A DNA stretch of 47,636 nt from a virus. This document shows positions 1 to 10,860 of this stretch, piece after piece. The notes under the pieces are model-generated. The model was given only the letters and a program-made list of their open reading frames with translations. It searched no databases and was not told the origin of the DNA. Numbering within the stretch: the stretch's first letter is position 1; every line of letters starts with the position of its first letter. The translations under genes and the position numbers were made by a program. The DNA is taken from IMG/VR virus record IMGVR_UViG_3300045136_000099, one strand, 5' to 3'.

Positions 1-127
1 TTCCACTGGCGTTGTTGACGGTTATATTAACTATTACGGCTATAACGGCGGTATTACGCAGTTTCGCAACTTGCGTATTTGTGACGGCAAAGGGGCTGAT
101 ATTGCGAAATTCACTGGCAGTACCAAG
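1..127. repeat. Terminal direct repeat, left copy (identical to 47510-47636). Consistent with an assembly overlap of a circular or terminally redundant genome
   Basis: Read directly: ttccactggcgttgttgacgg...ttcactggcagtaccaag occurs at both window ends, and the fibre reading frame continues through it. Confidence 0.95.
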
Positions 128-2800
128 CAAGTTGACTTTCTGGGTCCGGTAACCGTTGCCGGTAATGCGACGCTCGGCAACGCCAGCACCGATGCTCACG
201 CGCTGAACGGCACGCTCGCCGCGAATGGCACCGCTGGCACGAACGGTCAAGTGTTGCAGATCGTCGGCGGCCTTCCGCAGTGGGGCGCGCCGTCAACGGC
301 GGGCATCACGACGGGCACAGGTACCACGAGCCGCGTCACGAAATGGACCGGCACCAGTAGCCTCGGCAACTCGACCATCACCGACGACGGTACGAACATC
401 ACGCTGGCTCCGGCGACCGGCGTTCACGTGAGCACTGGGTATCTGTGGCACGGCCCTTCGATCAATACGTACATTAGCAGCAGCTCCGGCATCGGTTTTC
501 ACTTCAACGCCAATCTTGATGATCAGACGGGCTACATAAACTATGTGGGATACGGCGGCGGTACGAGTCGAACTCGTAATCTGATCATCGCCGATGGTAA
601 GGGTGCTGCCGTTGCGACGTTTACTGGGTCCACCAAGCAAGTCAATTTCGCAGGCGCGGTAACCATCGGCGGCAGCGTTACGATCCCCCCGGGCTCTGGC
701 ACGGCCGGAGGGCTCAAGATCGGGAGCGCGGTCGATGCGCTGTATCGCAGCACCGCGGACGGGAATCTGTTTTTGGTCAACCCGTACTCTGTCGGCGGAA
801 CTGGTCCGTATGACGTTGTTATTAAAACGACTTCTACGGACGGCCGCATTCGTTTGCAGGCCGGCGGCGGCGGTGATGATCTAGTGGTCAACGCCGATGG
901 CAGTACGTCGCTATTAGGCAACACGACCATCGGCGATTCCACGTCGGATACTCACACGCTGAACGGTACGCTCAACGCAAACAGTACCGCAGGAAGCAAC
1001 GGTCAGGTGCTCCAGGTAATCGGTGGGCTGCCACAGTGGGGCGCACCATCTGCCGCAAGCATTCCGACTGGTACCGGTTCCACGAACAAACTGACGAAAT
1101 GGACTGGTACCAACAGCCTGGGTGACGCCTCGATCTCGGATACGGGGTCACTGGTTACAGTGGCCAATCCAACCGTTATCAACGGCACGGTTAACAGCAA
1201 CACGTTGACCATCAATGGCTACGACTCTGGCAACCAGAGCGCAGCGGCGATCAAGGTGGTCAACATCGTGGGCGACGCTTTGGTTTCCAACACCGGGAAT
1301 CACGAGCGCTATGGCCTCTATTCGTCGGTTGCGCTGACTCGGCTGAATGCCGAGATTGGCGATGTCACTGCTTATGCCGGTTACTTCAGTGCCGATGTGT
1401 CCGGGGTGCAGGGCGGTGGCACCAAGACAGCCTACGCGCTGTATACGAACCAGGGTCTTGTTCATTTCGCTGGGGACACGAATATCGGCGGTAACCTTGT
1501 CGTTCAGGGCACGGACATCCTTACCACGCTGAACGGCAAGCAGAACGCCGATGACACGTTGACTGCTCTTGCTCAGCTTGACTCCACGACGGGACTCATC
1601 GAGCAGACGGGCGCGGACACCTTTACGAAGCGCGCTATCGGCGTCGGGGCGTCCACCTCGATTCCGACTCGCGGCGACGCGGATAGCCGGTACGTCCAGC
1701 AGACCCGGGCAGTAAACACGACGGCACCCCTCTCCGGTGGCGGTGCGTTGTCCAGCGACCTAACGCTGTCGCTGAGTGATAACGGTATCAGCAATACGAA
1801 GCTGCGTGACTCGGCGGGCTTATCAGTTATTGGTCGCAGTGCGAACACCACTGGTGACCCGGCCGATATTGTGGCTGTGAATGACGGTGATGTCCTTCGT
1901 CGTTCCGGCACGACGCTTGGTTTCGGAGCTATCCCGCAAAGTTCGGTTACCAATCTGACCACTGATCTCGCGGCGAAACTACCGGCGGCGAATGTTAGCG
2001 GTACCAGCGGCAAGCTCGCGAAGTTCACGGGCAGCAACACGCTGGGTGACTCGATCGTTACAGAAAGTGGTTCTACCGTCTCCGTGGCCGGTGATGTGGT
2101 TGCTACGAGCGGTTTCAAGGTCGGCAGCGGCGCGGTCAAGGGGCGTTTGAAGATTGGCCACAAAATCTTCACGTCGAGCGGCACGTATACGCCTACAACT
2201 GGAACTAAAGCTGTCAGGCTGCGAATGGTCGGTGGCGGTGGCGGTGGCGGTGGTGTTAGTGGCAGTGGCTCAGGGGGCGGCGGCGGCGCGGGTGGCAACA
2301 GCGGCACGTACCTGGAGAAGTGGATTGAGCCCGGTACGGACATTACGGGTGGCACCGTAACCGTCGGAGCCGGTGGTTCCGCTGGTAGCACTTCCGGTGG
2401 AGCCGGCGGTAACGGCGATAACACCTCCGTTGTGATTCAGGGAGTGACGTACACGGCGGCGGGAGGTACCGGCGGTCCCGGAGTGGCCACTCGCGCGGGT
2501 AACGTCATGGCGGTAACCCCGGCAGCAAATAACACCAGCTCCAGCGCGGATATCGTTTACTTCAACTACGGTACTCCGGGCTTCTCGTTTGTTGCTGACG
2601 TTGGCGTGCAGTGGTGGTACTCCGGGGCCGGTGCGTCATCGCCGTTTGGCGGTGGCGGCGGCGTGGCCAACACCAGTGTCAACGGTATCGCCGCTAGTGG
2701 CTACGGTGCCGGCGGTGGCGGCGCTGCAAATGCCACTAGTACGGGCAAGTCGGGTGGTGTCGGTTCTCCCGGCATCGTGATTATTGAGGAATACGCATAA
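2..2800 (+). CDS. Tail fibre, C-terminal ~930 aa (same gene as 46827..47636, cut by the window edge)
   Basis: The frame of ORF 71..2800 stays open back to base 2 and matches the frame of 46827.. across the 127-bp overlap. Internal repeats: KFTGS(T/N), GQVLQ.(I/V)GGLPQWGAPS and KWTGT(S/N)SLG, each seen 2-3 times. Gly-rich block GGGGGGGGVSGSGSGGGGGAGGNSG near the C-terminus. Lies after the capsid module. Confidence 0.8.
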   Translation, partial: STGVVDGYINYYGYNGGITQFRNLRICDGKGADIAKFTGSTKQVDFLGPVTVAGNATLGNASTDAHALNGTLAANGTAGTNGQVLQIVGGLPQWGAPSTAGITTGTGTTSRVTKWTGTSSLGNSTITDDGTNITLAPATGVHVSTGYLWHGPSINTYISSSSGIGFHFNANLDDQTGYINYVGYGGGTSRTRNLIIADGKGAAVATFTGSTKQVNFAGAVTIGGSVTIPPGSGTAGGLKIGSAVDALYRSTADGNLFLVNPYSVGGTGPYDVVIKTTSTDGRIRLQAGGGGDDLVVNADGSTSLLGNTTIGDSTSDTHTLNGTLNANSTAGSNGQVLQVIGGLPQWGAPSAASIPTGTGSTNKLTKWTGTNSLGDASISDTGSLVTVANPTVINGTVNSNTLTINGYDSGNQSAAAIKVVNIVGDALVSNTGNHERYGLYSSVALTRLNAEIGDVTAYAGYFSADVSGVQGGGTKTAYALYTNQGLVHFAGDTNIGGNLVVQGTDILTTLNGKQNADDTLTALAQLDSTTGLIEQTGADTFTKRAIGVGASTSIPTRGDADSRYVQQTRAVNTTAPLSGGGALSSDLTLSLSDNGISNTKLRDSAGLSVIGRSANTTGDPADIVAVNDGDVLRRSGTTLGFGAIPQSSVTNLTTDLAAKLPAANVSGTSGKLAKFTGSNTLGDSIVTESGSTVSVAGDVVATSGFKVGSGAVKGRLKIGHKIFTSSGTYTPTTGTKAVRLRMVGGGGGGGGVSGSGSGGGGGAGGNSGTYLEKWIEPGTDITGGTVTVGAGGSAGSTSGGAGGNGDNTSVVIQGVTYTAAGGTGGPGVATRAGNVMAVTPAANNTSSSADIVYFNYGTPGFSFVADVGVQWWYSGAGASSPFGGGGGVANTSVNGIAASGYGAGGGGAANATSTGKSGGVGSPGIVIIEEYA

Positions 2801-3873
2801 TGATCGGTACTGATCTAAACCTGGTGTTGCCGTCACTGTCGGAATCGATGGCAACCAACATCTCGAGAATCGCCACGGCACTCTCGCAGATTGAGGACTC
2901 CATCGCGCAGAAAGCAACCCCGGCCGCCCTGGACATCAACGCACCCCTTGACATGCAGGGTAATGCGCTGACGAATACTACGTCGGTGCAGCTCTTACCG
3001 GGTAACGTCCCGTCGACCGCCGGCTCGATCTACTACTATAACGGCGAGTTCTACTTGATCGACGGTACGGGCACCATTCAGTTGACCGCTAATGGTGCGC
3101 TTAATGCCGCCAGCGTGGGCGGTATCGGTGGTGACTACGGCGGCGTGAATCCCGCGGCAGTTGTGTTTGACGACGCTTCCGGCGAGTACCGATTCACCGA
3201 GGACAACACGCCAACGTGGGCTGACCTGAAAGCGCAGGATGTAATCCTGATGCAGAACGGCGGTACCGGCTACGTGCGTCTCGGCGTCGACGCCGCGATC
3301 ACCGCCGGGCGGACGTTCTATTTCAAATCGTTGCCGAGCTCCGGCGCGAGCATGCTGGTCTATAACGCCAGCACTTCCACGCTCGAAGATGGCGCAGCGA
3401 CTCGTGCCACCGGAACGCAGTTGTTTACCGCAATCGACGCTACGAGCACCGTCAAGGGCGCCGATTTCAAGCACAGCGATGTGGAAATGCCGCTGTCGCA
3501 CATCGGACATAGCGAGTTTGCTAATGGTGGTAGCGCCGTTCAGCGCCCGCATCAGGCGTGGCGGTCGACGGGCAGTGGTACGTGGACGTTCATGCAACAC
3601 CTTCCGCTGAAGGTCGGTGATCGCGTGAAGTCCGTAACGGTACGGCTCGCGAAAACGTCAACGGTACTTGCTAGAATTTACATTTACAAATGGGATGGCA
3701 CCACTCTCACGCAGGTGGCAACCAATACAACGGCTAGTAGCTCGACTGTGGAACTGACCGCAACGGTTGGCACGCCGGTTGCCATCGTGTCGGGTGAGCA
3801 CTGGTACGTGCAAGTTGAGTGGTCAGACGGCCACACGATGGACAAGCTCCGCGCAACGTTCGATAGGCCCTAA
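2800..3873 (+). CDS. Virion/tail-associated protein, function unknown (357 aa)
   Basis: Long ORF with a TAATG stop-start overlap to the fibre gene. No motif recognised. Confidence 0.6.
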   Translation: MIGTDLNLVLPSLSESMATNISRIATALSQIEDSIAQKATPAALDINAPLDMQGNALTNTTSVQLLPGNVPSTAGSIYYYNGEFYLIDGTGTIQLTANGALNAASVGGIGGDYGGVNPAAVVFDDASGEYRFTEDNTPTWADLKAQDVILMQNGGTGYVRLGVDAAITAGRTFYFKSLPSSGASMLVYNASTSTLEDGAATRATGTQLFTAIDATSTVKGADFKHSDVEMPLSHIGHSEFANGGSAVQRPHQAWRSTGSGTWTFMQHLPLKVGDRVKSVTVRLAKTSTVLARIYIYKWDGTTLTQVATNTTASSSTVELTATVGTPVAIVSGEHWYVQVEWSDGHTMDKLRATFDRP

Positions 3874-6800
3874 TGGCGCGTAACAGCTACGCCGAACAGG
3901 AAGCGATTACCTGGCAGACCGTAGGACTGCGACTCGGCGAGATTGGTCTCGACCTCCGCAACCGGACCACGCCGGGGGCACTCACGAAGCTGCTCAACGC
4001 GCGCTTCGAGGCCGATCGCATCGTCCGCCGCAACGGCTACCACGGCATCCGCCTCCAGCACGCGACTCAATTCCCCATCTTCCTTAACGGCGGTACGAGC
4101 ATTTCGTCAGCAATCAATCCAGTTGGGTGGATTTACGGCCACGGTCAGCAGGTCGACCCGAGCAACCCGTACGCGATCGAAACGATGCATTTCCCGGAGC
4201 CGCGCGTGGCCCGGGGCACGTTTCGGTACGAAGGCTCCGACGTTGTTTGGACCGGCGATCGTCTAATGATCGTCCGACGCGATGGCCATTCGGCAGTCGG
4301 CTACTCCGACTTCTGGGGCCTCCTCGTGAAGCACGCCGGCATCCCGGCGTTTCTCCCGCAGCAGGTCGACAGCCCGCCGCCGGACACGGTGACCGGCAAT
4401 TACGTTGAGACGTGTGTAACGGATACACAACGGTTTGTCGCGTGGGCCACCAGTACCGGCGTATCGTTGGTTGTCGTTGATCGCGCAACGGGCGCCGTCG
4501 TTAATCGCACTAGCGTTGGTGGGGCGGCTGCTTACGATATCAGACTGGTTCAGTCGGGCGCGTTTGTGGTCTGCGTGTGGAGGGATGCCAATACGGACCT
4601 CAACATTACAAAGTGGACCGGATTAACGTGGACCGCTGCCTCGCTTATTGACACGAACATCCGAGCGTTCGACCTAGCCCCCGTGCCGGGCGGGTTTCAT
4701 TTGCTGTGGCGTGATGGTGCCACGCTGTACGTCGGCAAATACGCAGGCCAGAACACCAGCAGCACCCCGTATGCTTTCCAAACGGCACTTTCGATTACGG
4801 GTACGCCAAACGGTCCGGTGGCCATTGCGGTCGCACCCGATGACACGCTCTGTGTGGTGTGGCAGTCCACCACGGGGTTGCAGGCCAAGGTGTTTAGTCA
4901 GTCGCTTGCGCAGATTTACGCGCAAACGACACTGAGTGCAACCACCATTTGGGACGGCGGACTATCGGTTTGCTCGCGCAGTTTGAAGGGGTCACCCTCG
5001 GGAGTCGCCGAGCCCTACTATCGATGGGTTGTTCACGCTGGAGACACAAACGGTAGCGTTTGGCTGGTTGAATTCCTGAATCCGGCGTCAGTCACGCGAC
5101 AGGCGACCCGTTACAATTCCAGGCTGGGTAGCAAGTCGTTTCGTGTTGGTAACGAGGTGTTCTGCTGGTTGCGCGCGACCAACTCGAGCACGCTCTACCT
5201 TGTCGGCGGAATCCATTCGGCTGGCATCTACACGCAGGTTTGCGGTATCGCGGATCGTGAGGAGGCGGCAACACGAGTGGTGCAAGACGGCGTGATGGCG
5301 CTGCCGATGGTCGTGCAGGATCCACTCGATGAGCACAGCTTCACGTGGGCGCGCCCGTTCTACACCGGGCAGAGCTACACGCGCGGCGGTAACGCGCGCA
5401 TCGGCGATCTGAACTTCCTCCCGACGTTCTCGGCGGCGCAGTACGGCGACTCGGTCTATATAGCCGGTAGCCACGTGCGATGTTGGGACGGCGTGGAGCT
5501 CGGTGACGCCGGCTTCCACGACTACCCGATCGTCACGGCCGCGACACCCGGCACCGGCGGTAGCCTCACGGTGAACTCGGCGTATCAGTACCGGGTCTAC
5601 CCCGTGCGCTACAATAAGCGCGGCGAGCGGTTCATGGGCGCGGCACTGACGTATGCCGCCAGTACGGGCGCGAGTGACACGAAGCTGACGCTGACCATCA
5701 AGACGCTGCCGGTGACCAACCACGACGACGTGGTATTCGAGGTTTACCGTACTGAGGCAGGACAGACAACCTTCCGTTTGGAGGGTACCGTCGCAAACAG
5801 CCTCACCGCCGGCACGGTGTCGTTCGTCTCGCAGATGTCCGACGCGACGTTGAGGACGCAGCCGGCGGACTCACATGAGGTCGGCGTTTCTGGCCCGGAA
5901 GAAGTCGAGGAGTTCGGCCCAATCGGCTGCGCGTTCCTAGTGGCCGCCGGTGATCGCCTGTGGGGCGCCGGTGGTCAGGTCCCGCGCGGGTTCGTGCAAT
6001 TCTCGAAGCTGAAGGAGCCCAAGGAGGGCGCCGGTTTCGATGCGCTGGCCGGTACGCAGCAGATCGACACTGAGGGCGGCGAGATCATCTCCATCGCCAA
6101 CTTCAGCGACAGCCTTGTCATCTTCGAGCGCGACCGCATCTACGTGCTGTTTGGCGGCGGGCCGGACAACTACGGCAACGGTGCATTCAGCACCCCTCAA
6201 CTCGTGCTAGCTGACGGCGCCGTCTCTCACGCGGGCACGTGTGTTACCCAGCTCGGCGTGCTGTTCTGGGGCGTCGACGGCCCCCGCCTGCTGACGCCCG
6301 CATTCAAAGTCGAACAGATCTGCGACCCCGTCCGCAAGCTCACGGAGACGCTGTCACCCTCCGGTGTGCAGGCGGATCTCGTCCGACGCGAGGTCGTGTG
6401 GTTCACCCGCGAGGGGACCGCAGTGCTGTTCAACTACGCCGGCCAGCGGCCTCGGTGGGCGCAGTGGACGGGCCTGAAGATCGCGGGGTGCTCGGACAGC
6501 GCGCTCGTCACCACGGACGGGCTGCTGCTACAGGAGGACCCCGACGCTAATGGCGACAACGGCGTGCCGTTTGAGTACGGGGGTGCTACTGGTGAGCTCG
6601 ACCTCGAGCAGCTGCTACTTGGCTGTACGGAGCTAAACCGCGTGGGCGTCGTCGGCGAGTACAAGGGGCCGCACCGCTTGCGCCTGCGGATCTACTTCAA
6701 CGGCTCGCCGATGTGGACCGATCAGCAGGTGTGGGACCCGAGGGACAAGACGTGGCTGGCCAGCGTCGAGGACGTTGCGAACCTCACGCCGGCGCAGGTC

Positions 6801-7001
6801 GACGCGCTGAACGCCACCGACCAGTCCGGCAAGTACGCCACTCACAAGAAGGTGTCTCGCCACAGCTGCGCGAGCTTCCGCGTCGAGTGGAGTGACATGG
6901 GGGCCTTCCGCCCGACCTATCAGCTGCATCAGCTCGTGTTCGAGCTCGGCGCGCGCGGTGGTCTCGCCCGAGTGCCCGCCAGCACATTCACCAGGAGCTA
7001 A
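3873..7001 (+). CDS. Large virion structural protein (tail hub/nozzle-like candidate, 1042 aa)
   Basis: Longest ORF in its region, TAATG coupling at both ends, sits in the tail module. The product name is an inference from size and position only. Confidence 0.6.
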   Translation: MARNSYAEQEAITWQTVGLRLGEIGLDLRNRTTPGALTKLLNARFEADRIVRRNGYHGIRLQHATQFPIFLNGGTSISSAINPVGWIYGHGQQVDPSNPYAIETMHFPEPRVARGTFRYEGSDVVWTGDRLMIVRRDGHSAVGYSDFWGLLVKHAGIPAFLPQQVDSPPPDTVTGNYVETCVTDTQRFVAWATSTGVSLVVVDRATGAVVNRTSVGGAAAYDIRLVQSGAFVVCVWRDANTDLNITKWTGLTWTAASLIDTNIRAFDLAPVPGGFHLLWRDGATLYVGKYAGQNTSSTPYAFQTALSITGTPNGPVAIAVAPDDTLCVVWQSTTGLQAKVFSQSLAQIYAQTTLSATTIWDGGLSVCSRSLKGSPSGVAEPYYRWVVHAGDTNGSVWLVEFLNPASVTRQATRYNSRLGSKSFRVGNEVFCWLRATNSSTLYLVGGIHSAGIYTQVCGIADREEAATRVVQDGVMALPMVVQDPLDEHSFTWARPFYTGQSYTRGGNARIGDLNFLPTFSAAQYGDSVYIAGSHVRCWDGVELGDAGFHDYPIVTAATPGTGGSLTVNSAYQYRVYPVRYNKRGERFMGAALTYAASTGASDTKLTLTIKTLPVTNHDDVVFEVYRTEAGQTTFRLEGTVANSLTAGTVSFVSQMSDATLRTQPADSHEVGVSGPEEVEEFGPIGCAFLVAAGDRLWGAGGQVPRGFVQFSKLKEPKEGAGFDALAGTQQIDTEGGEIISIANFSDSLVIFERDRIYVLFGGGPDNYGNGAFSTPQLVLADGAVSHAGTCVTQLGVLFWGVDGPRLLTPAFKVEQICDPVRKLTETLSPSGVQADLVRREVVWFTREGTAVLFNYAGQRPRWAQWTGLKIAGCSDSALVTTDGLLLQEDPDANGDNGVPFEYGGATGELDLEQLLLGCTELNRVGVVGEYKGPHRLRLRIYFNGSPMWTDQQVWDPRDKTWLASVEDVANLTPAQVDALNATDQSGKYATHKKVSRHSCASFRVEWSDMGAFRPTYQLHQLVFELGARGGLARVPASTFTRS

Positions 7002-7678
7002 TGCCAGATGACGTGAGGGCGGCGCGAGTCGCCTATTTCAATCAACTCCGTGCAAAGCAGCTGCTTGGCCAGCCGCTAGCGCCCGAGGAGAAAGAGTATC
7101 TCGAGCGCGTCGCGACGATGCAGGCGGCGAAGAAGCTCGCGAGCGGCAACGTCGACAGCCTAATGGGTGTGTTCCTTAACGGGGTGCGGCGTGGAGCTGC
7201 TCTGGAGGCCCTGAAGCACAAGTACGAGATGCTGCTCCCCAACGCACCCGTGCCGCCGCCGGTTGTGCCCGGAAAGCCGGGTGTGATCATGGCTCGCCCG
7301 GGCGAAGCGGTGGGTATCGACGAGAGCGGGCGTTCGATCGACATTCGCGGCAAGCAGGTGGCCAACACCAGCGTGCCGTACGTCGTGACTCCGTACGGCG
7401 ACGTGCCGATGCGCACCGGCGAGTTGCGCGCGTCGGACATTACGAGTAATCCGATTCAAGCGTATCGCTACGGATCGAACAACGCCTTCATCGAGCAGGC
7501 GCTAGAAGCCGAATTCGGCGAGCACCTGAAAGCGATGGAGGACAATCGCGACGAGAACGGAATGCCAACTGACGAGTTCCCAGCGGACTACTTCAAAGGC
7601 AAGTCGAAGCGCGAACAACAGTACATCGAGTGGGGCGTTGAAGCCCTTCGCAAGCTGCGTCGCGGCACAAGGACCTAA
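7001..7678 (+). CDS. Virion-associated protein (225 aa)
   Basis: ORF coupled by TAATG at both ends. Confidence 0.6.
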   Translation: MPDDVRAARVAYFNQLRAKQLLGQPLAPEEKEYLERVATMQAAKKLASGNVDSLMGVFLNGVRRGAALEALKHKYEMLLPNAPVPPPVVPGKPGVIMARPGEAVGIDESGRSIDIRGKQVANTSVPYVVTPYGDVPMRTGELRASDITSNPIQAYRYGSNNAFIEQALEAEFGEHLKAMEDNRDENGMPTDEFPADYFKGKSKREQQYIEWGVEALRKLRRGTRT

Positions 7679-8553
7679 TGGCAGGATTTGATCTAGGACA
7701 GGGATTTCAGGGCGCGATGGGCGGCGCGATGGCCGGCTCGGCGTTCGGCCCCATCGGCACCGGCATCGGCGCAATCGCGGGCGGCCTAATCGGCGGCTTC
7801 AGCGGGAATCCACAAGAGCAGTATCGCAGGCAGCTCGAGGAGCTCTCGCGACGATACGGTAATCGCCAGGCACCCCAGGCAGGACCAGCGGCGACAGCCG
7901 GCTATTCCGGGTTCCGCACGAACCAGGCGGGCCTAATCGCGCAGCTCGAGGCGATGGCTCGCGGCGAAGGCCCGTCGGCGGCGGCGATGCAGATGCGCGA
8001 GGCGATGGACCGGGCGGCGGCAACGCAGGCATCGGGCGCGGCGGCAGCGGCGGGGCGCGGTGTCAATGCGGGCGCGGCGTTCCGGCAGGCGGCCAACAAC
8101 ACCGCCGCGATTCAGGCCCAGGGCGCTCGCGATACGGCAACGATGCGCGCGGCTGAGCAGCTCAACGCCATCCAGCAGCTCGGCGGCGTCATCAATCAGG
8201 GTCGCGCGGCCGACGAGGGCGTGAGCATGTTCAACGCCGGTCAGTCGAACCAGATGGACCTCGCGAACCTCCAGGCGAAGCTCCAGATGCTCGGTCTAAA
8301 CGACGAGGCGCAGCTTCGAGCTCTCCTGGCCGCGATGGGTACCGCGCCGCAGCCGTTGGGCACCAGCATCCTCGCGGGTGGTGCGCAGGCGTTCCCGTCG
8401 ATCTTGCAGTACCGCCTCGCACAGAAGAATAGCGGGGGTGCGATGGGCTTCGGCCCGAACTACTCCCAGATGAGCCTGCTGCCGGGCGGCACGTACTACA
8501 GCCCGCAGCCGCGGCAATACCCGGCCAACGACTTCACCGGGTACTCGGGGTAA
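7678..8553 (+). CDS. Gly/Ala/Gln-rich internal-virion (ejection)-like protein (291 aa)
   Basis: N-terminal GxxxG-rich hydrophobic stretch, then an A/Q-rich low-complexity region. Lies directly before two very large ORFs, as in podovirus core-protein sets. Confidence 0.5.
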   Translation: MAGFDLGQGFQGAMGGAMAGSAFGPIGTGIGAIAGGLIGGFSGNPQEQYRRQLEELSRRYGNRQAPQAGPAATAGYSGFRTNQAGLIAQLEAMARGEGPSAAAMQMREAMDRAAATQASGAAAAAGRGVNAGAAFRQAANNTAAIQAQGARDTATMRAAEQLNAIQQLGGVINQGRAADEGVSMFNAGQSNQMDLANLQAKLQMLGLNDEAQLRALLAAMGTAPQPLGTSILAGGAQAFPSILQYRLAQKNSGGAMGFGPNYSQMSLLPGGTYYSPQPRQYPANDFTGYSG

Positions 8554-8556
8554 TTC

Positions 8557-10860
8557 ATGAGTGACGACCTGACGCCGCCGAATTTCGACTTCGAGGATGT
8601 TCTCGCCGCGAACACCAGCACTGGCGACCCGGTTCTCGACGAGCTGACGTGGGAGCGGCTGGGTGTCGATCTTAATCATCCGGCCGGTGATGTGCCGATG
8701 CCAGGAGAGCAGCCGACGGAGCCAAGCGCACCCCTCCCACCGAAGGGTAGCATCGCTGGACCCAAGGTGTCGGTCGGTACTCGTGGCATGACCGACGCGG
8801 GTATAAAGCGCGCGAAGGGTGTCTTTGGTGAGGCGGACGCTCGTATTACCGCTCGCGCAGGGGAGCTGGAAACCGAGAAGGACGCTCAAATTGCCAAGAG
8901 CCGTGAGCACTACGCCGCGGTTGGTGAAGCGTTTGATCTTGCGATCGAGAAGACGCGGGAATTCCAGCAGCGTGAGCAGGAGCTTCAACAGCAGGTAATC
9001 GCCTTCAACCAGCAGGCGGCGGAACTCGAGCAGCGGATGGCGGCGCAGGCCCAGGCCGAGCGCGCGGCCTACCTCGCTGAGTACAAGGAGCAGCTAGCTC
9101 TTATTAAGCAGCTGTCGCTTCAGTCGGGTAACCCGATGGGGCAGCTTTCGCGTGCGGAGGCAATCGGTCTCGCAGGGGCGCAGTTTGCTCAGGGATTCCT
9201 CGCCGCACAGGGCGTCAACATCGACGTTGCGGGGCAGGTGGATCGGTGGGTCGAGCGCTCGATCGCCGAGCACCAGATGAAGATCCAGAACGCGCGAACG
9301 GCGGCGCAGGACACGCTGCACCTTTACGAGATCGCGCGGCAGAATAGCCAGGACGAGTGGGAGGCGCGGCAGCGTTATCGCGGCTTCGTGATTGCGGGGC
9401 TTCAGGCGGCCATTCACCTGAATGCGTCGCGGTTCCAGTCGGACATCGCCATCGCTCGGGCGACCGAGCAGATCGCGCGGTTGCAGGTCGAGGCGGACGC
9501 AACGGAGCGCGCCATTAGCGATGCCCACTTCGCTCGCATCAACCAGATCTACCAGTCCGAGTACCAGCGCGCGTACCAGATGGGCCAACTGTCCATCGAG
9601 CAGCGGAAAATTGCACTCGATGAGGCCAAGGTGGCGTGGGACATGGACCCGCGCAACCCGAAGAACCAGGGCGAGGCGCCGCTGACGCTGCCGGCCATTA
9701 GCGACCCGGAGGAGCTCGGACCGGACGGCAAGCCACTGGTCGACGCAAACGGCAACAAGATCCTGAGAAATCGCTGGGTGCTAAACCGCAAGATTCAGGA
9801 TCCGGTACTCGCTCGTCAGGTGTGGTCGGATGCGGCGAAAGCACGCGAGGACTACAAGAACTACCTCAACGCCACCAATGCGCTGATCGAAGCCTACAAC
9901 AAGGCCAAGCCGATCTACGACCAGGTCAACGCGGTCAGCAAGATGACGTGGGGCGAGCTCGACCGACTGACGGATTCGCCGGAAGTCCACGAGTTCATGC
10001 AGGCACTCGATTCATGGGCGATGGCGAAGGTCTACGCCGTTAGCGGTAAGGCGGCGACCAACGAAGAGTTCGCCCGCGTGAAGTCGCAGGCGTACAAGGA
10101 TATGTTCCTCGCGCGCAACGCCAACAAGGGCGAGGTGTCCCACGCGAAGCTCCGCGAGGAGGGCCGCAAGGCGTTCGAGTCGCACATGGAGAGCTTCGGC
10201 TTCGAGGCAGTCCCGGAGAACGACCAATTCCAGCGCACCCCCACAGCAAGCCCGCGCACGGCGGCCGAAGATGAGGCCATCATCTACGGCAAGAAGCCGG
10301 AGCCCGGCCTCGACGAGAAGTTGCTGGGTCAGATCACCGCGCGTGATTCGGAAAACATTAGACGGCCGCTCCACAAGATTTCGGGCGCGTGGGCCGACTT
10401 CAAGGGTGCTGCAAACCTCGGCGAGATCGAGAAGGGCAGTGCGGAAATGAAGAAGTACGCCAACGAGGCGTTCGCGCAGCCCGAATGGTCCGTCGCAACT
10501 GAGCTGCTCGCCGCGTCCGTGGTCGCTCCCAACACCATGTGGAAGCAGGCCGAGGGTTTCGGTGTGAAGGTGAGGGGTGCGAAGGGCGAGGTGGTGAACG
10601 AGCAGTCGCCGTATGAGCTGCGACAGCAGGCGTACAAGGCGCTGAGCTCCATCGCGCGGGGTGAGACTCCGAGCGGTCGGCCGGTTTCGGCGGACACGAT
10701 GGAGTGGGCGTCATACCTGAAGAATCAGATCGACAACGATCCGCAGTTGTCGGCTCTGTTGAATGAGGGCGGCGATCCGAACGCGAAGGGATTCGACGTT
10801 ACGGACGCGACCGACAGTGAGCTTTACAAGCGGCTCGTGGCACGCCCCGGTGAGCAGTAG
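8557..10860 (+). CDS. Large coiled-coil internal-virion/ejection-like protein (767 aa)
   Basis: Long ORF with Q/E/A-rich heptad-like segments. Assigned by position. Confidence 0.5.
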   Translation: MSDDLTPPNFDFEDVLAANTSTGDPVLDELTWERLGVDLNHPAGDVPMPGEQPTEPSAPLPPKGSIAGPKVSVGTRGMTDAGIKRAKGVFGEADARITARAGELETEKDAQIAKSREHYAAVGEAFDLAIEKTREFQQREQELQQQVIAFNQQAAELEQRMAAQAQAERAAYLAEYKEQLALIKQLSLQSGNPMGQLSRAEAIGLAGAQFAQGFLAAQGVNIDVAGQVDRWVERSIAEHQMKIQNARTAAQDTLHLYEIARQNSQDEWEARQRYRGFVIAGLQAAIHLNASRFQSDIAIARATEQIARLQVEADATERAISDAHFARINQIYQSEYQRAYQMGQLSIEQRKIALDEAKVAWDMDPRNPKNQGEAPLTLPAISDPEELGPDGKPLVDANGNKILRNRWVLNRKIQDPVLARQVWSDAAKAREDYKNYLNATNALIEAYNKAKPIYDQVNAVSKMTWGELDRLTDSPEVHEFMQALDSWAMAKVYAVSGKAATNEEFARVKSQAYKDMFLARNANKGEVSHAKLREEGRKAFESHMESFGFEAVPENDQFQRTPTASPRTAAEDEAIIYGKKPEPGLDEKLLGQITARDSENIRRPLHKISGAWADFKGAANLGEIEKGSAEMKKYANEAFAQPEWSVATELLAASVVAPNTMWKQAEGFGVKVRGAKGEVVNEQSPYELRQQAYKALSSIARGETPSGRPVSADTMEWASYLKNQIDNDPQLSALLNEGGDPNAKGFDVTDATDSELYKRLVARPGEQ

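Noticed and set aside
1-2800. Diversity-generating retroelement acting on the repetitive tail fibre
   Set aside because: No reverse transcriptase ORF exists anywhere in the genome, and there is no template/variable repeat pair with adenine-specific differences. The repeats are in-frame protein domain duplications.
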